Positions 40,439-53,069 of a stretch of 64,000 nucleotides of DNA are shown in pieces. Each line of letters begins with the position of its first letter. The first letter of the stretch is position 1. A program made the position numbers and the translations under genes. Under the pieces are notes generated by a model that did no database searches, had not been told where the DNA came from, and saw only the letters and a program-made list of their open reading frames with translations. This DNA is from the human T2T-CHM13v2.0 reference genome, Homo sapiens. The stretch is from assembly GCF_009914755.1 (NCBI RefSeq), contig NC_060927.1; one strand, 5' to 3'.

Positions 40439-40799
40439 TGTCTTAGTCTGGCTCTGCTGCTATAACAAAATACCCGAGACTGGGTAATTTATGAAGAACA
40501 TGAATTTATTTTCTCATAGTTCTAGAGGCTGGGAAGTCCAAGATTAAGGCACTGGCAGGTTTGGTTTCACGTGAAGATGCGTTCCTCATAGATGGCACTG
40601 ACTAGGTGTCCTCACATGGTGGAAATGTGGAAGAGAGTGAACCCACTCCCTCAAGCCCTTTTATAAGGGCTCTCATCCCATCCTGAGGGCAAAGCCCTCA
40701 TGATTTAATCACCTCCTAAAGTACCCACCTCTTAATACTATCACAATGGCCATTACATTCCAATACATGGATTTGGGGGGACACATTTAGACCATAGTA
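40439..40799 (-). mobile_element. MST (MSTC/D-like) MaLR solo LTR with perfect 5-bp TSD
   Basis: tgtcttagtc..gctataacaaaatacccgagactgggtaattta ... gaccatagta; gggcc at 40434-40438 and 40800-40804. Confidence 0.9.
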
Positions 40800-40947
40800 G
40801 GGCCCTCAACACTTAGGTCTTCTGTGAAAGGGCCTCCTGCCTGGCTTTTCTCTCGCCGGTTGTACCTACTCTGATCTTTCTCACATGGCCACCCATCCAA
40901 CGTGGTCACTCCCATGCTAAGTCTTACATGATAACCTGTCAATTACA

Positions 40948-41115
40948 GCCAGCCCTTGAACCTCGGAGGGCATCCAAATTATTTGAGGGAGGTTTCCTAA
41001 TATGCACATTCCAGAGTCCCGCCTCCCAGAGGTCCAAATCATTTGGTCTGGGTTAGGCCCAGGAATCAGCCGTCTGGCCGTTGTCCCAGGGCATTCTGAT
41101 GCATGTGATCTGGAG
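40948..41115. mobile_element. MER5A
   Basis: aatatgcacattcc..cccaga..ggtctggg..ggcccaggaatc..attctgatgca. Confidence 0.7.
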
Positions 41116-41339
41116 GAAAACTCTGACTCCTAAGAATCAAGTCCAAGTTCCTTAACATGCCTCCCCACCCTGGCTTATTTCTGCGTCTGTGCCTTTGCTA
41201 GACCACTGACCATCAGCTCTGTCCAAAGCTCACTCCCACCCATCTCTGCTTTCCTTTACACCTGGCTACTCTGCATTAAGCTTTAGCTCAAAGAGAGTCT
41301 GACACAGAGATGCAATGATAGACACAAGCATCATGTTAT

Positions 41340-41520
41340 GTAATATTTATTGAAGGTGTAGGTGTGGTGGTCAAAACTTTTACAGTATTAAGGCATTACC
41401 TTCTCATAGCCATGTGAAGTTGATGCAGTTATAGTCCCCACTTTTGTAAATGTGGAAAGTGGGGTACAAGGAGGTTGAGTAAGGTGCCCAAGGTCCTGTG
41501 GGGCTAGTGAGCTGAAGAAG
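41340..41520 (-). mobile_element. MIR
   Basis: taatatttattga..ctcatagc..ccccactttt..gaggttgagtaa..gcccaaggtc. Confidence 0.65.
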
Positions 41521-41544
41521 CTGCTCAGGTAGTCCAGGTCTAGG

Positions 41545-42228
41545 GAGACGTGGGGATGGTGATGGTGGCAACATTTCTTTGGACTTTTGTGGTGCAGCGT
41601 TGGGTTTTCACAGGTTTGGTGGACACCGTTGGTGTTTAATGTCCAGGCTGAGGGATGTCAAGCATCCTTCAGTGTGTACAGCAGCCCTGCTTGTGGGGAA
41701 TTGTCCCACACCCCTCATGAGCAGCAGAGATCCTGCTGGACATTTATGCAAGTGAAAACCCTGTTCATAATTATTTGAAGCTAGAACCTAATCTAAACAC
41801 ACATTTTACAATTTCATACTTTTAATAAACACTGAATTTTCCAGGAGCACGACTGCCATTGATCATTGAGTTAGTGTGTTGGAGGAGTCACATCACCGAG
41901 GACAATGTTGGTGGCCATCAAGATATGCTTGTGTGGTTGGCATTTGTAGCTGTTGAATTTTCCTGATGCTCTGTAGAGGTGGAAGCATCTGACTGTTTTG
42001 CCATGCCTTTCAGTATCATTATGCCTAAGCATTTGTCTACTGAAATACGTATTACTTTATTCTAAACCATTTGCCTTTGATTCTCTTTTATATTATAGGT
42101 TGGACATACTATTGATTTTAAAAAATATTATATGTTGATATTATCTAACTTTTATTTCAGGATAGTAAAGAAGATGTCACAAAGTGATTGGTTAAAAAGG
42201 CAGTCTTCATCAGATGAAGAACCACTCT
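41545..42228 (+). mobile_element. MER20B hAT-Charlie fossil
   Basis: gaattgtccc; gtgaaaaccctgtt.ataattat..ctagaacctaa; cactgaattttccagga; gcatttgtagctgt; aagcatctgact; gaaccact end. Confidence 0.7.
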
Positions 42229-42954
42229 GTACAAAATAAGGCCTCTTAAGGGGCAGGAGGGCAGTGAGTTCTGGGAAAGACACCTGATGGATGGATCTTC
42301 ACAGGGAAGCCGTTAAGTTAAAACTTGAGTCTGGAAAGCCTTTGCTAGACCCCAGCTTGCCTCCTGCCCACGTCACAGCCCTCCCAGTTCTCTTTGAGAT
42401 GTTAATTTGTTGCTATGAAAATTATCTTGTCACTGACAAACGGAATCTGGAAGAATCAGCTCTTCTTATAAAGTGGTTCCTATGGTATCTGCAGGGCTTT
42501 GTCAGTTTGCAAGTTATGAATATTTATGTTTCAGAAAAGAGTCCTCATTTAAATTGCGTTTTCTGTAATTTCCCACTTAATTTCACATAGAAAATAATGA
42601 CATTTCCAGGCTTTGCCTAGGTGAATGTCTTTGGAGATGGCAATTTTTGCACATGGGCTCAAGGGGCATTGGAATTTACTGAATTCCAAATGCAGATGCA
42701 GTTCTGCTGCCCTGCAGTTGCTTCTATGTAAGATAATGCATGCGTCCGATACATTATCGACGGAAGATAAATGCCAGACATGATTATGGTAAATTAGACC
42801 TTTTGCATTATTTATGAGATCCAATGTAAAACGTGTTTTACTTTCCCCCACTAATGTTTATATAAAAGCTATAATAGGACTTTTAGTAAACAATTTTAAA
42901 ATTTATTACACAAAGGGACAAAGTTTTTCTTAAATTTTATCTTCAAGATTTAAA

Positions 42955-43050
42955 TTTTTTAAAGAGATTGCATCTCTGTTTGTTGTCCAGGTTGGTTTTG
43001 AGCTCCTGAGCCCAAGTAATGCAATGCTCCTGCCTCATCCTCCTGAGCAG
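42955..43050 (-). mobile_element. FLAM/old Alu monomer fragment
   Basis: gttgtccaggttgg..ctcctgagcccaag..ctcctgcctca.cctcctgag. Confidence 0.7.
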
Positions 43051-45009
43051 GAAAGGGCCAAGTTTTAAAAAGCTGTTCTAGTCTCAGTTGTCGCTGTCTC
43101 CTTCCATCAGCTCTTCAAGCAGAAAAGCAGAACTATGGAAAATGTCATGGGACATGTATTGGGTGGGCCTGAGAAGGGCCTTGGAGAAGTCGAGGCTTGG
43201 GGGATGGCAGGAAATGTCTTCCTCGTGACCTCAAGTCTGCTGCCATAATATTTAAGCATCTGTAGGAACATGCTGACAGCCTACTTCAAGTCCTCCTCTC
43301 CTTTCAGTTTTCAGGAAACTGTGTACTGCCTGACTTCAGTGTGGGTCCACCTCTGGCATCTTTATAGTAGCAGAACTTATTCGAAGTGAGTTTTAATTTT
43401 TATTTTTGGTACCATCTTCTTTCTCTGGTTTGGTACTGATCTCTTGAGGGAAGCCGGGAGGATGACTTGCAGGTAAAATTCCTTCCCTGAGCCGTGTGTG
43501 TTGGTTTCTCACAGCCAGTCATCATAATATCTCACACTTGTTTAGGAACTTGGCACCTTTTGGGAACTGCTCTTGTGTATGAGGGCCTTTGATCTGCAGG
43601 CGGCTGGGAGCTGCTGTCTTGTGAGCTGTTACAGTCTGTGAGGGGAACTGAGTGGAACAGTCGCCTATCCTTTCCATATTCTTCTCTCCATTTTTTGGTT
43701 TTCTGCACGTTCTTTGAAGGCTACGTCTGAAATTCCTCCTTCCCCATTTCCTATCTCCAACCTGAAGTTAAAAGTTTCTAGCTTTGGGGTGTTAGAGACC
43801 ACTTGGGAGCTGCTTTCTCTGTGAGGTGAAGCATCTCTGCTGGGGCTTTGATTAGGAAGGTGATGTTGTATGTGTCTTTGGACGTGATGAAAGTAAAAAT
43901 AGCATGCGTGAAGTTCCAAGGAAAGTGAGAGTCAGAGGCCAGACTGCTGCCTTGTTCTTATCAGACTTTTCTTTTTTTCACCTTAAAAGATCTAAAAGGC
44001 TGGTTCTGTTCTTTACTTGTGCATAACAAGGACGGGAGCAAACCACTGTCTTTGTGTGTCTTGTCTTTGTAATACCTAAAAGAGCCCCCATCCTCTAATA
44101 GGCTCCTTGTGGCTCTGCCTATCTGAGGACAAGAGGCCTGACACAGTGAACCCGCCATTGCCTGCAAGGCCTGACTCCTGTGTGCCAACTTGGGCTTTCT
44201 AAGGGCAGTTTCATGTATCTTGAACCTTCTTCTAGGAGCTACCTAGGGACAACAGCCTGATGTGAGGCCAGAGCCTCTGGCTTCCCGTGGCCCCGAATAT
44301 TTCCGTATACCAGCTGGGGTCTCTTGGCCAGGCTACCTCAATAGAGTATTGATGGGCCAGCCGCTCTGTGGGGCTCTGTTCATTTGTACCATTTGCCCAC
44401 TTTTTATGCTTCAGTTCCAGTATGTTTGGACAATGAAATTAAATTGGTCAATTTTTAGCACATCAAATGGCTTTGTTCTCCTGCTTTGGCACTGAGCCTC
44501 GTGTGGAATTGTTTAAAAGGAAGACACTCAGCTTGGGAGCACTGTGGGATTCAAGGTTTCATATCTGTGGATTCTAGGCCATGCCACTGTCCCTCAGGCC
44601 CCGGGGGGTTACTGCCTCTCTGGGTTTGCCTGGTGGTGTCCTTGCAGCCCCAGGCTTTAGCCAGACCTCCCTGCAGCTAGATGCTGAGTGCACAGGTCTG
44701 GTCGGCACAGGCCATTCTCAAAAGCCTTTGTTCTTCCACGGATTTTTCTGTGCTGAGTGATGGCCGTGGCCGGGAGCTCCTAGATGTCTTGCTCCTTAAC
44801 GTTTGTTGTGGAAAAGAAGGCTGCTGGCTTGAGGACATTTATTCCATTTCTTTTCTTCCTGTCCCTATCCCTTTTCTTTTCTCATCATTTCTTTCTTATA
44901 AACCCCTTATTTCTGGCCTTCACTTCTTGTTTTCCTTCTTCACCTTCTCCTTGACTCTCCTCCTAAGGCTAATGATTGTATGCCCTATTTCAGTATAATT
45001 TTCTTTCAA

Positions 45010-45225
45010 CAATTTTTATTTTATTACATCTTTAAACATATACAAAATATAGACTAATAAAACACCCAAATTCAGTAGTTACTAACTCTTTGGCAAATCT
45101 GGTTTCCTCTGTATCCCCACTGCCCTCCTACCCTGTCCCTGTGTAGTTTTGAAGCAGTTCTAAGTCATCTTGTCATCTTACCTCTCAATATTTCGGTCTA
45201 CCTCTCTAAAAGAGGACTCTTTCTT
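45010..45225 (-). mobile_element. L1MC-like 3' end
   Basis: tttaaacatatacaaaa; ttttgaagca; ctctaaaaga.gactcttt. Confidence 0.55.
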
Positions 45226-45243
45226 GCTTTCTCTTTTTAAAAA

Positions 45244-45478
45244 TTTTATTTATTTATTTTTGAGACAGGGTCTTACCATCACCCAGGCTGGAGTGCAGTG
45301 GTGTGGTCTTGGATCACTGCAACCCCCACCTGCCAGGCTCAAGCGATCCCCAGCCTCCTGAGTAGCCGAGACCACAGGCACGTGCTACCCGTCCCCTCCG
45401 CCTCCCGCCACTAATTTTTTTATTTTTTTTTGTAGAGACAGGGTTTTGCCATGTTCCCCAGGCTGTCCTAGAACTCCT
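45244..45478 (-). mobile_element. AluJ, 5'-truncated
   Basis: gagacagggtct..ggctcaagcgatcc..gtagagacagggttttgccatgtt..gaactcct, then ends. Confidence 0.9.
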
Positions 45479-45751
45479 ATTTTCTTCTTTTTTAGATGAG
45501 AGAATCTTAAGGGAGAACATCCTAGAGCCTTTGCTCTTCAGAGGCCCTTAATGGTCATTGAAAGAACATTTATCCAAGTGCAGCACATGAGGTGATAGCA
45601 TGCAATTGTTAAAAATAGTATTTTGTGTTTGTTTCCCTGAATACACTAGATTTTATGGCAAATTATGTTGGTATTCCATGTATGATATTAACACTAGGTA
45701 AAGAAAGGGAGTCAATTTTAAAATAAAAATATTTGATAAATACAATATTTG

Positions 45752-45965
45752 CAGGGGTCAGAAAACTGTGATCTCAGGGTCAAATCCAGCCCACTGCCTC
45801 TGTTTTAGTAAATAAAGTTTTATTGGAACACAGCCTCTCATTTGTGTGTGAGCTAGGTATGACTGCTTTTGTGCTATCCTGGCAGAGTTGAGCAGTGGGA
45901 TGGAGATTGGCCTACAAAGTGGAAACTATTTAATATCTGGCCCTTTATAGGAAAAGGTTTACCTG
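45752..45965 (+). mobile_element. MER58A
   Basis: caggggtcag..caaatccagcccactgcct..gtaaataaagttttattggaacacagcc..tatctggcccttta. Confidence 0.88.
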
Positions 45966-46859
45966 TGGAATCGGAGGTATGTGGACAGAGCAGATACCAT
46001 GACCTTGGCACATCAGTGGCTGAAGTCTGGAAAATTCCAATCAGACCCAACCTCTTGCTTTGTAGCTGATGTAGCTGAGATCCAGGCAAGGGAGGAGGTT
46101 GCCCCTGGTTACACAGCTAGTGGGTGGTTGGGTGGGTAGTCCATCCTGAAGTCCCTAGTGCCATGCCCAGGCTCTGTGTTAACATATCTGAGTGTTGCAG
46201 ATTGGGTTTAGACCTCATGCTGGGTAGCTGTTCCAGAGCAGAAATAATTTGTGGTTTTCAGTAATTTCTCACAAAATGCTCTATTAAGTTTCTGTTGCCC
46301 CAGCCCCTTAAATTATTACACCAACTAGGAGAAAAGTAATTTCAAAGAAGTAAGGAGAATATTTGTGAAGTGGAATAATTTACCATCAAATAAAATACAC
46401 CGAGTGCCTCCTAACATAGAATGCTGAGCTGATTTTTCTCTGTGGTATCAGTTCCATCTCCAGCTTTAGTGGTGGATATCCAGCTGGGAGGAAAGCATCA
46501 AGGTAAAATAAAATGCAAACGATCTCTAGCATATATTTGTGATTTTCTCATTTCAGCATCCATTCCTGCTGTAATTGCCAGAGTAGGAACAAAGCTGCAG
46601 GGAGAACTGTTCTAGGGTATTGCATTTCATAGCATTTGATTACTTAGGATTGAATAGCTTTGAGATTATATTGACCCTGTAGACTTGTCTCCTGTTTCCC
46701 TATTTTCTAAACATTTTAGACAAGTGCTTTGGAAAATAGGAACTTTTTTGTTGTTGTTGAGATTTTAAGATGAAAATATTTCTTTATGGTTCAAAATTGT
46801 TATTGTTATATTTTGTGGGAGAAGCAACTTGCTGAAATGAACCTGTGGTTTACTTAGAA

Positions 46860-47183
46860 CTGCATTGTCCAATGTGATAGCCACTGAGCCACACATAATG
46901 CTACTGAGCACCTGAGAGTGTGTGGCCGGTCTGAAATGAGACGCTCTGTAAATGTGAAATAAGCGCTGGGTTTTGGTGACATAGTACAGCAAAACGAATG
47001 TGAAATCTTTCATAATTTCGGAATACTGATTATATGTTGAAATCACGTTTTGTATATATTGGATTAAACCACATATATCATTGGAATTATTTTCACCTGT
47101 TTCCTTTTACCTTTTAAAGCAGCTACCAGAAAATTTGAAATTACACATTATAGTTAGCATTATATATACTTCGAAAAGTGCTG
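46860..47183. mobile_element. MER33 hAT-Charlie MITE
   Basis: tgtccaat..tagccact.agccac..tgagcac; ttcacctgtttccttttac; gctac.agaaaattt.aaattaca. Confidence 0.8.
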
Positions 47184-47474
47184 AATATTGAGATGAGATA
47201 ATTAAAGAAATTTTAAACAATTAGAGCCATGATGGGAAAGCTTGGCTTATTTGAATAAGAATATTGCTCTAATGTTGGAAGTTACGGTAACAAAAGAAGT
47301 ATAGCATTAACTCAAGAATTATTGATTGATGGAAAGAACATTTCACGTAGACTCCAACCCTTATGGGTCGTGTTCAGTAAATGTTTACACCTTTAGGTGT
47401 CCTCAAATCACTTATAGGGAATTGTAAGATTATTTAGTAAATAGTCTACAACTGACTATTTGGTAGAAGATTTG

Positions 47475-47710
47475 AGTTTGAACCTCATTTTATATTATAC
47501 CCCAAATAAATTCCAGATAGATTAAGAAAATAAATGTAAGGAATGAAATTATCGAAAGACTGTATCATCATCTAGCCAAATGTGTATTTGATTTTCAATT
47601 TAAAAGCAATAGAAGAAACTGTAAAGGAAAAAATTGAATTGACAACAGAGAAATCGTTTCATTCTTTAAAATAAATTTGATAAAATAAGTTGGACAAAGG
47701 TATAAAAACA
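47475..47710 (+). mobile_element. Old L1M ORF2-region fragment
   Basis: aaataaattccagatagattaag..taaatgtaa; taaaggaaaaaattga. Confidence 0.6.
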
Positions 47711-47829
47711 GGGAACTCATCCCAGCAATTCCTGACCCCTTGACCATATCCAGTTCAGAAAATGACATTTAATGCACATCAGAACTCTGTGAATTCAAAA
47801 GAATTAATGAACAGTTTTCTGTTCATTAA

Positions 47830-48018
47830 TGGGGTTGCCAGATTAAAGAAATTAAACTATGGGGCACTCAGTTAAATTTGAATTTCAGATAAATAACACA
47901 TAATTTTGGATATAAACATGTGCCATGCAATATTTGGGACATACTCTTAATAGAAAATACTGTTGTTTATATGAAATTCACATGTAATTGGGCTCCTGTG
48001 TTTTATCTGGCACCCCTA
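47830..48018 (+). mobile_element. MER53 palindromic hAT MITE
   Basis: TIRs gggttgccagat / atctggcacccc; cagttaaatttgaatttcagataaa; atgcaatatttgggacatact. Confidence 0.9.
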
Positions 48019-48624
48019 GCCTGGGAATCCACCCTACAACGTGCAGAACGGGAAGGGAAGCGTGGGAGTTGAATAGTCATGTGACTGCACTTGGTGCAGA
48101 AGGGACCTGGGACCAGCTGCCCTGAAAATAGGCATTCAACCAATTGTCCCCTTTGACCCTGCAACTCACTGCTGGTTTCTGAAATGTGGGGCACCTCTGT
48201 GTCCTAAGCCTGTTCAGGATTCTGTGAGCTCATCTGGCTGTCTCACGCTGCAGGCAGTTAGACTGGAAGAATCCAGCCCCAAGTCCCAGTTACCACGTCT
48301 TCTTCATGCCATCTTCTAAAATGCATGAATCTTGTTTGTTGCAGTTGCTTCCCCATTCCTTATACTGTGAGTTGATATACCCATTTTCTTCCTTCACTGT
48401 TTTTTAAAATGTCATTTTAGGGAGAGGAGAGAAGTGCTTGTGGTCTATTTACTATGATTAATAGAAAGGCAGCCTTAATCAGGACACATATTTTAATTAT
48501 CCAGTTAATGCATGGATTCATTTTGGTTGAAAGAGAAACAATGTATACAAAGTGAGAGTTCTGTTGATTCCCCAGTTCCTGGCAAAAAAACCCAGGAAAC
48601 TGGGGATAATAGACATAGGTAAGA

Positions 48625-48767
48625 AGACCATATATGTCCCAGGAGAGTCCTGGTTTATGTCTGATGTCCTGAAAGTTATTAATAGTTATTAATTGTAGTT
48701 ATCAGTAGTGTCCCTTCTCTCCCCACTACTTGACTCTCCAAAGAGTCCATGTTTGGAGAGGAAATTC
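48625..48767 (-). mobile_element. MER94 hAT-Blackjack MITE
   Basis: gaccatat..agtcctggttta..tgtcc..ttattaatag..actctc.aaagagtcc..gtttgga. Confidence 0.6.
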
Positions 48768-49104
48768 TGCTGTCAAGCAAGGCTTAGGGGAGAGTGTATG
48801 TTAAGTGCAGAAAGTGAACTCACCGGGTCAGGGTTGGGAGGATTTTTCTCTGGAGAAAACGACTGTGTCTGGGGATCATGGCTGGTGACACACATGTAGA
48901 GCTTCTAGTCAGCTTTGGGTGCTATCAGCTGCATGTCAGCCCGACTGGCCACGTGGTACCCAGATAAGCATTATTTCTGCATGTGTCTTTGACAGGGTTT
49001 TTGGATGAGATTAGCATTTGAATCAGTGGACTCAGTAAAGTAGATGGCTCTCCCCAATGTGGGTGGGCACCATCCAATCCTTTGAAAGCCTGAACAGAAC
49101 AAAA

Positions 49105-49903
49105 TGAAACGGGAAGGGTCCCCTTGTCCCCCTCGCAGGGCGTGCGATGGGGGTGTGGCTCGCTTCTTCACTGCCTTGTTGCTCAAACCTCTAGGGGAGC
49201 ATACAGATGGGCAGGCTGTGGGGCTCTGACTCCATGGCGGTGTCTAGGGGTGAATGTTTACAGCTCCTGAAGCCCTTGTGGGTGTGTGTTACAGGGTGCT
49301 CCTTTAGTTTGTCATCTGTAGGCAGCTTGTGTTAGCTCAGTTAGACCCTCTACCTTGTTGCAAGGACAAAGGGCTTTCTGTATCCCGGGTTCTTGCCTTG
49401 GTATACTGGAAGAATCTGATCACACATGAGCTTGGAAAATGAGGGCAAAGTTTTATTGAGTGGAAGCAGCTCTCCGCTGATGGGGAAGCCAGAAGGGAGA
49501 TGGTTTTCCTCTGGAGTTGGGCCACTGTGTGGCCCCAGTTCTCCTTCAACTCCCTCGGCCAAACTCCGTCTCATCCCGCTGGTCAGTGGCCTGCCTGTGT
49601 GCTGGCATCTGTCGGTGTGCTGTTCTGCCGACGTGCTTCCTCGATGTCCTCTCGCTGTCCGGCCGCTTGTGTCTTCTTCCGCTGATGTGCCTCTTGACGT
49701 CTGGCTGCCTGCGTGTCTGCTTGCTAGGGTCTCAGATTTTTATAGGCCCATGACAGGGGTATGGCGGGCTAGGGTCGTCTTGGAAAATGCAACATTTGGG
49801 CGCGAAAGCAAGAGTGCCTGTCCTCACCTAGGTCCCTGGGAGTGGGACCCTAGCCAGGGACCCGCCCTTCTCTACTGTGCACTTCCTGCCTGCTCCTGTA
49901 TCC
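49105..49903 (-). mobile_element. LTR1-family (HUERS-P2, ERV1) solo LTR
   Basis: tgaaacgggaa..ccccctcgcagggcgtgcgatgggggtgtggctcgc ... cttggaaaatgcaacatttggg..cctgtatc; (c)aaaa duplicated on both sides. Confidence 0.85.
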
Positions 49904-50149
49904 AAAAGACAGAATAAGGAGGAACTCACACCTTTTTTCTTGCCTCACCCTTTGAGCTGAGACATCTCATACCATTTTCTTTGGCCCTTGGATTGGGATT
50001 TCTACCATTGGGTCCTCTGATTCTCGGGTCTCCAGACTTGGTCCGAATTACCCCACCAGCTTTTCTGGGTCTCTGCTTTATAGATGGCAGATTGTGGGAC
50101 TGCTCAGCCTCCATAATCACATGAGCCAATTCCTCATAATAAATCTCCA

Positions 50150-50232
50150 TATATATATACACATACACATTCACATATGTATGGAAATATATGTGTGTGT
50201 GTGTATATACCATATATATAACCATATGTATA
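50150..50232. repeat. (TA)/(CA)/(TG) mixed microsatellite within MLT2
   Basis: Read directly; usual position in MLT2 LTRs. Confidence 0.85.
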
Positions 50233-50337
50233 TGGCTCTGTTTCTGTTTTCCGGAGAACCTTGGCTAATATAAGTGCCCAGTCCTATGTGCACAAACATC
50301 AAGGATAACCAGACCTTGAGGAAAGCCACGAATGTGA

Positions 50338-50765
<428 letters not shown>

Positions 50766-51121
50766 TCAAAGATGAAAGAATATATTGCAGGTAAAAAACA
50801 AGAACAGAAAGTTTTTTAGAAAAAAACATAGAGAATAAGAAAAAGGACTTGGAAATGAAAAGTGATTGCCATTATAAAAAATCCAGTAGATGGTCTGGAG
50901 ATAAAGTTAAGAACATTCCCCATAAGTAGAATAAAATAATGAAGACATGGAGTTAGGTAAAAGATGAATAGGAAGCCAGGAGATTGATCTAGGTGGCATG
51001 ACACCTGACTAACCACGGCTACGTGAGGATAACAATAGAGGGGGGAAAGTTATCACAGATATAAAAAGCAGCCTTCCAGAACAGATGGAATGTCAAGATG
51101 GGGAGGACTCACCTAGTGTAA

Positions 51122-51283
<162 letters not shown>

Positions 51284-51718
51284 TAAAGCAGCTCATAACG
51301 CTAAGAAAAGCAAAGTTGTACAAGGAAGGAAATATAACTATGGCCTACTCCCTGGCTTAGCAACGAAAATGTGTTTATGGCCAGTGTTTACATTATTGAA
51401 TGTTTTGAAAATTATGATAACTCTGTTGGGGAGATGGAGGGAGAGGAAGTAGGGCATTGTTGTGAGAGCTAAACCTTCATTTACCACAATGGGCATCACT
51501 TGATAATGCCTATAATTGATGATAAGCCATATTAACATTCTTGATATTTAGCAACTTGGAGGCAGACACCAAGGTAAAGAGCAAAAAGAGTTGAAAGTAG
51601 TCCCTCTGGGGCTGGAATGGGGTGATGCTGAGTCGGGGAGGAAGGCACAGAAAGGGAGGTAAGAAAGGGTTGCGGTGGAGGATGTCCTCTTGTATTAAAC
51701 AGTCAATGTAGTTTATGT

Positions 51719-51915
51719 TAGGGTTGCCAGATAAGATGCAGGATGCCTACCTAGTTAAATTTGAACTTCAGATAAACAGTGAATATTTAAAATTGTAAGT
51801 ACGCTCATGTGATATTTGGGATGTACTTACATCAAAAATATATCTGGTGTTTATTTGAAGTTTAAATGTAACTGGGCACCCTGTATTGGTTGCTTAATCG
51901 ATTTGGCAAGCCTGT
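51719..51915 (-). mobile_element. MER53 palindromic hAT MITE
   Basis: tagggttgccagataa..agttaaatttgaacttcagataaaca..aactgggcaccctgtatt..tttggcaagcct. Confidence 0.88.
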
Positions 51916-52498
51916 GTTATATGTATGTATTACCTTGATGAAAATAAATAGAATGTATAATTATTTATACATAGAAAACGTTCGAAGATGGTGCACCTTA
52001 GTTGTGGGCACTTCTTGGGTACTTCATTGGGAAAGGGGAGTGGTCTCATTCTCTTTTCGCATTTCTAGAAATGTTCTGCTGCAAGCATATATTAATGTAA
52101 AAGTAAAGAAAGAGTCCTAGAAATTCTGAACAATGACAGTGCTGGCTGAGGGTCCTGAGGCTATGAGACACTGAGAAACGGTGGCTCTGTCTGTATGCTC
52201 GGGGATGAGGTCAAACAGGTTTAACCCAGGGGAAAATTTTGAGCTGAGCTCAGATTATTATGAGGTTAGAAGACTAAAACTCTATTGAGATGGTGTTTAA
52301 AAGAGTTCTAGAGACTCTGTGTCCTGGGAGGAAGGTCTCATTACTACTGGCTTTTCCAAATTATAATGGTTCTCTCCCTCACACGCATTCTCCTGAGGCA
52401 TATTGATCAGCCTTAAAAACTCAAACAGTGAAACCCTGCCGCGACCCAACCTTGAGAGGGTGAGGCTAATGCTAAGCTATGTAGCAGCCATGTTGCAC

Positions 52499-52586
52499 TA
52501 AGCTATACCAGTAAGCTTAGTTTGGTATACTGGTGAGCTATACTAGTAGGCTTACTTTTATGCCAGTAAGCTATACCAGTAAGCTT
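52499..52586. repeat. 13-bp TATACCAGTAAGC array with higher-order structure
   Basis: Units at 52504, 52526, 52539, 52559 and 52572. Confidence 0.85.
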
Positions 52587-52677
52587 GGGGTTTTTATTTC
52601 CTTCCTGCATTTCCTTTTCCTGTTTCCTTTATTTAGGGATTTGGCTACTTCTGATAAATGAAGATTCATATAATAGC

Positions 52678-53068
52678 TGAATTAGTCAGGGTAACTAACT
52701 CTGGCTGTTGAAACAACCCCTAAATTTCAGGAACTTAACATAATACATAATTTATTTCTTGGTCATGACTATCTGATGCAGTTCTCTTCCAAGGAGTGAC
52801 TTGGGGACCTGGGTCCCTCTCATCTGTAGGCTCCATTCTTCCCTAGGGACTTCCTATAGCCCCTGACAGGGCATACTCTGCCAGTCAGCCATGAACAGTG
52901 ACTAGACACAGGGTAGGTGATAATGTGGTAGGAGTCAGGCCTGCTTCTGCTGCCACTCACTGGCCAGAATCCCTTCATCTGGCCTTAACTTCACTGCAGA
53001 GGAGGCTGGGAAATGTAGTCTTCTTGGGTGCTCAGATAGAATGGGCCTTCTAGGCAGTGTCTGCCACA
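52678..53068 (-). mobile_element. MLT1K MaLR LTR
   Basis: ttagtcaggg..aaacaacccctaaatttcag..tttatttcttg; gaggctgggaaatgtagtct; tctgccaca; flanks atagc/agagc. Confidence 0.8.
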
Positions 53069-53069
53069 A

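Larger units (their letters stand above)
48923..50272 (+). mobile_element. MLT2 (B/D-like) ERVL LTR split by LTR1
   Basis: ggatgagattagcatttgaatcagtggact..ccaatgtgggtgggcaccatccaatc; gcagattgtgggact..cagcctccataatcacatgagccaattcc; ggagaacc..gctaatata; flanks ggtgc/agtgc. Confidence 0.88.

Noticed and set aside
49426-49917. Longest ORF (163 aa)
   Set aside because: Lies almost entirely within the LTR1 solo LTR on its antisense strand; no gag/pol/env or other recognisable motif.
52499-52586. CRISPR-like repeat-spacer reading
   Set aside because: Units are 13 bp with 0-9 bp non-unique spacers, the context is primate and there are no cas genes.
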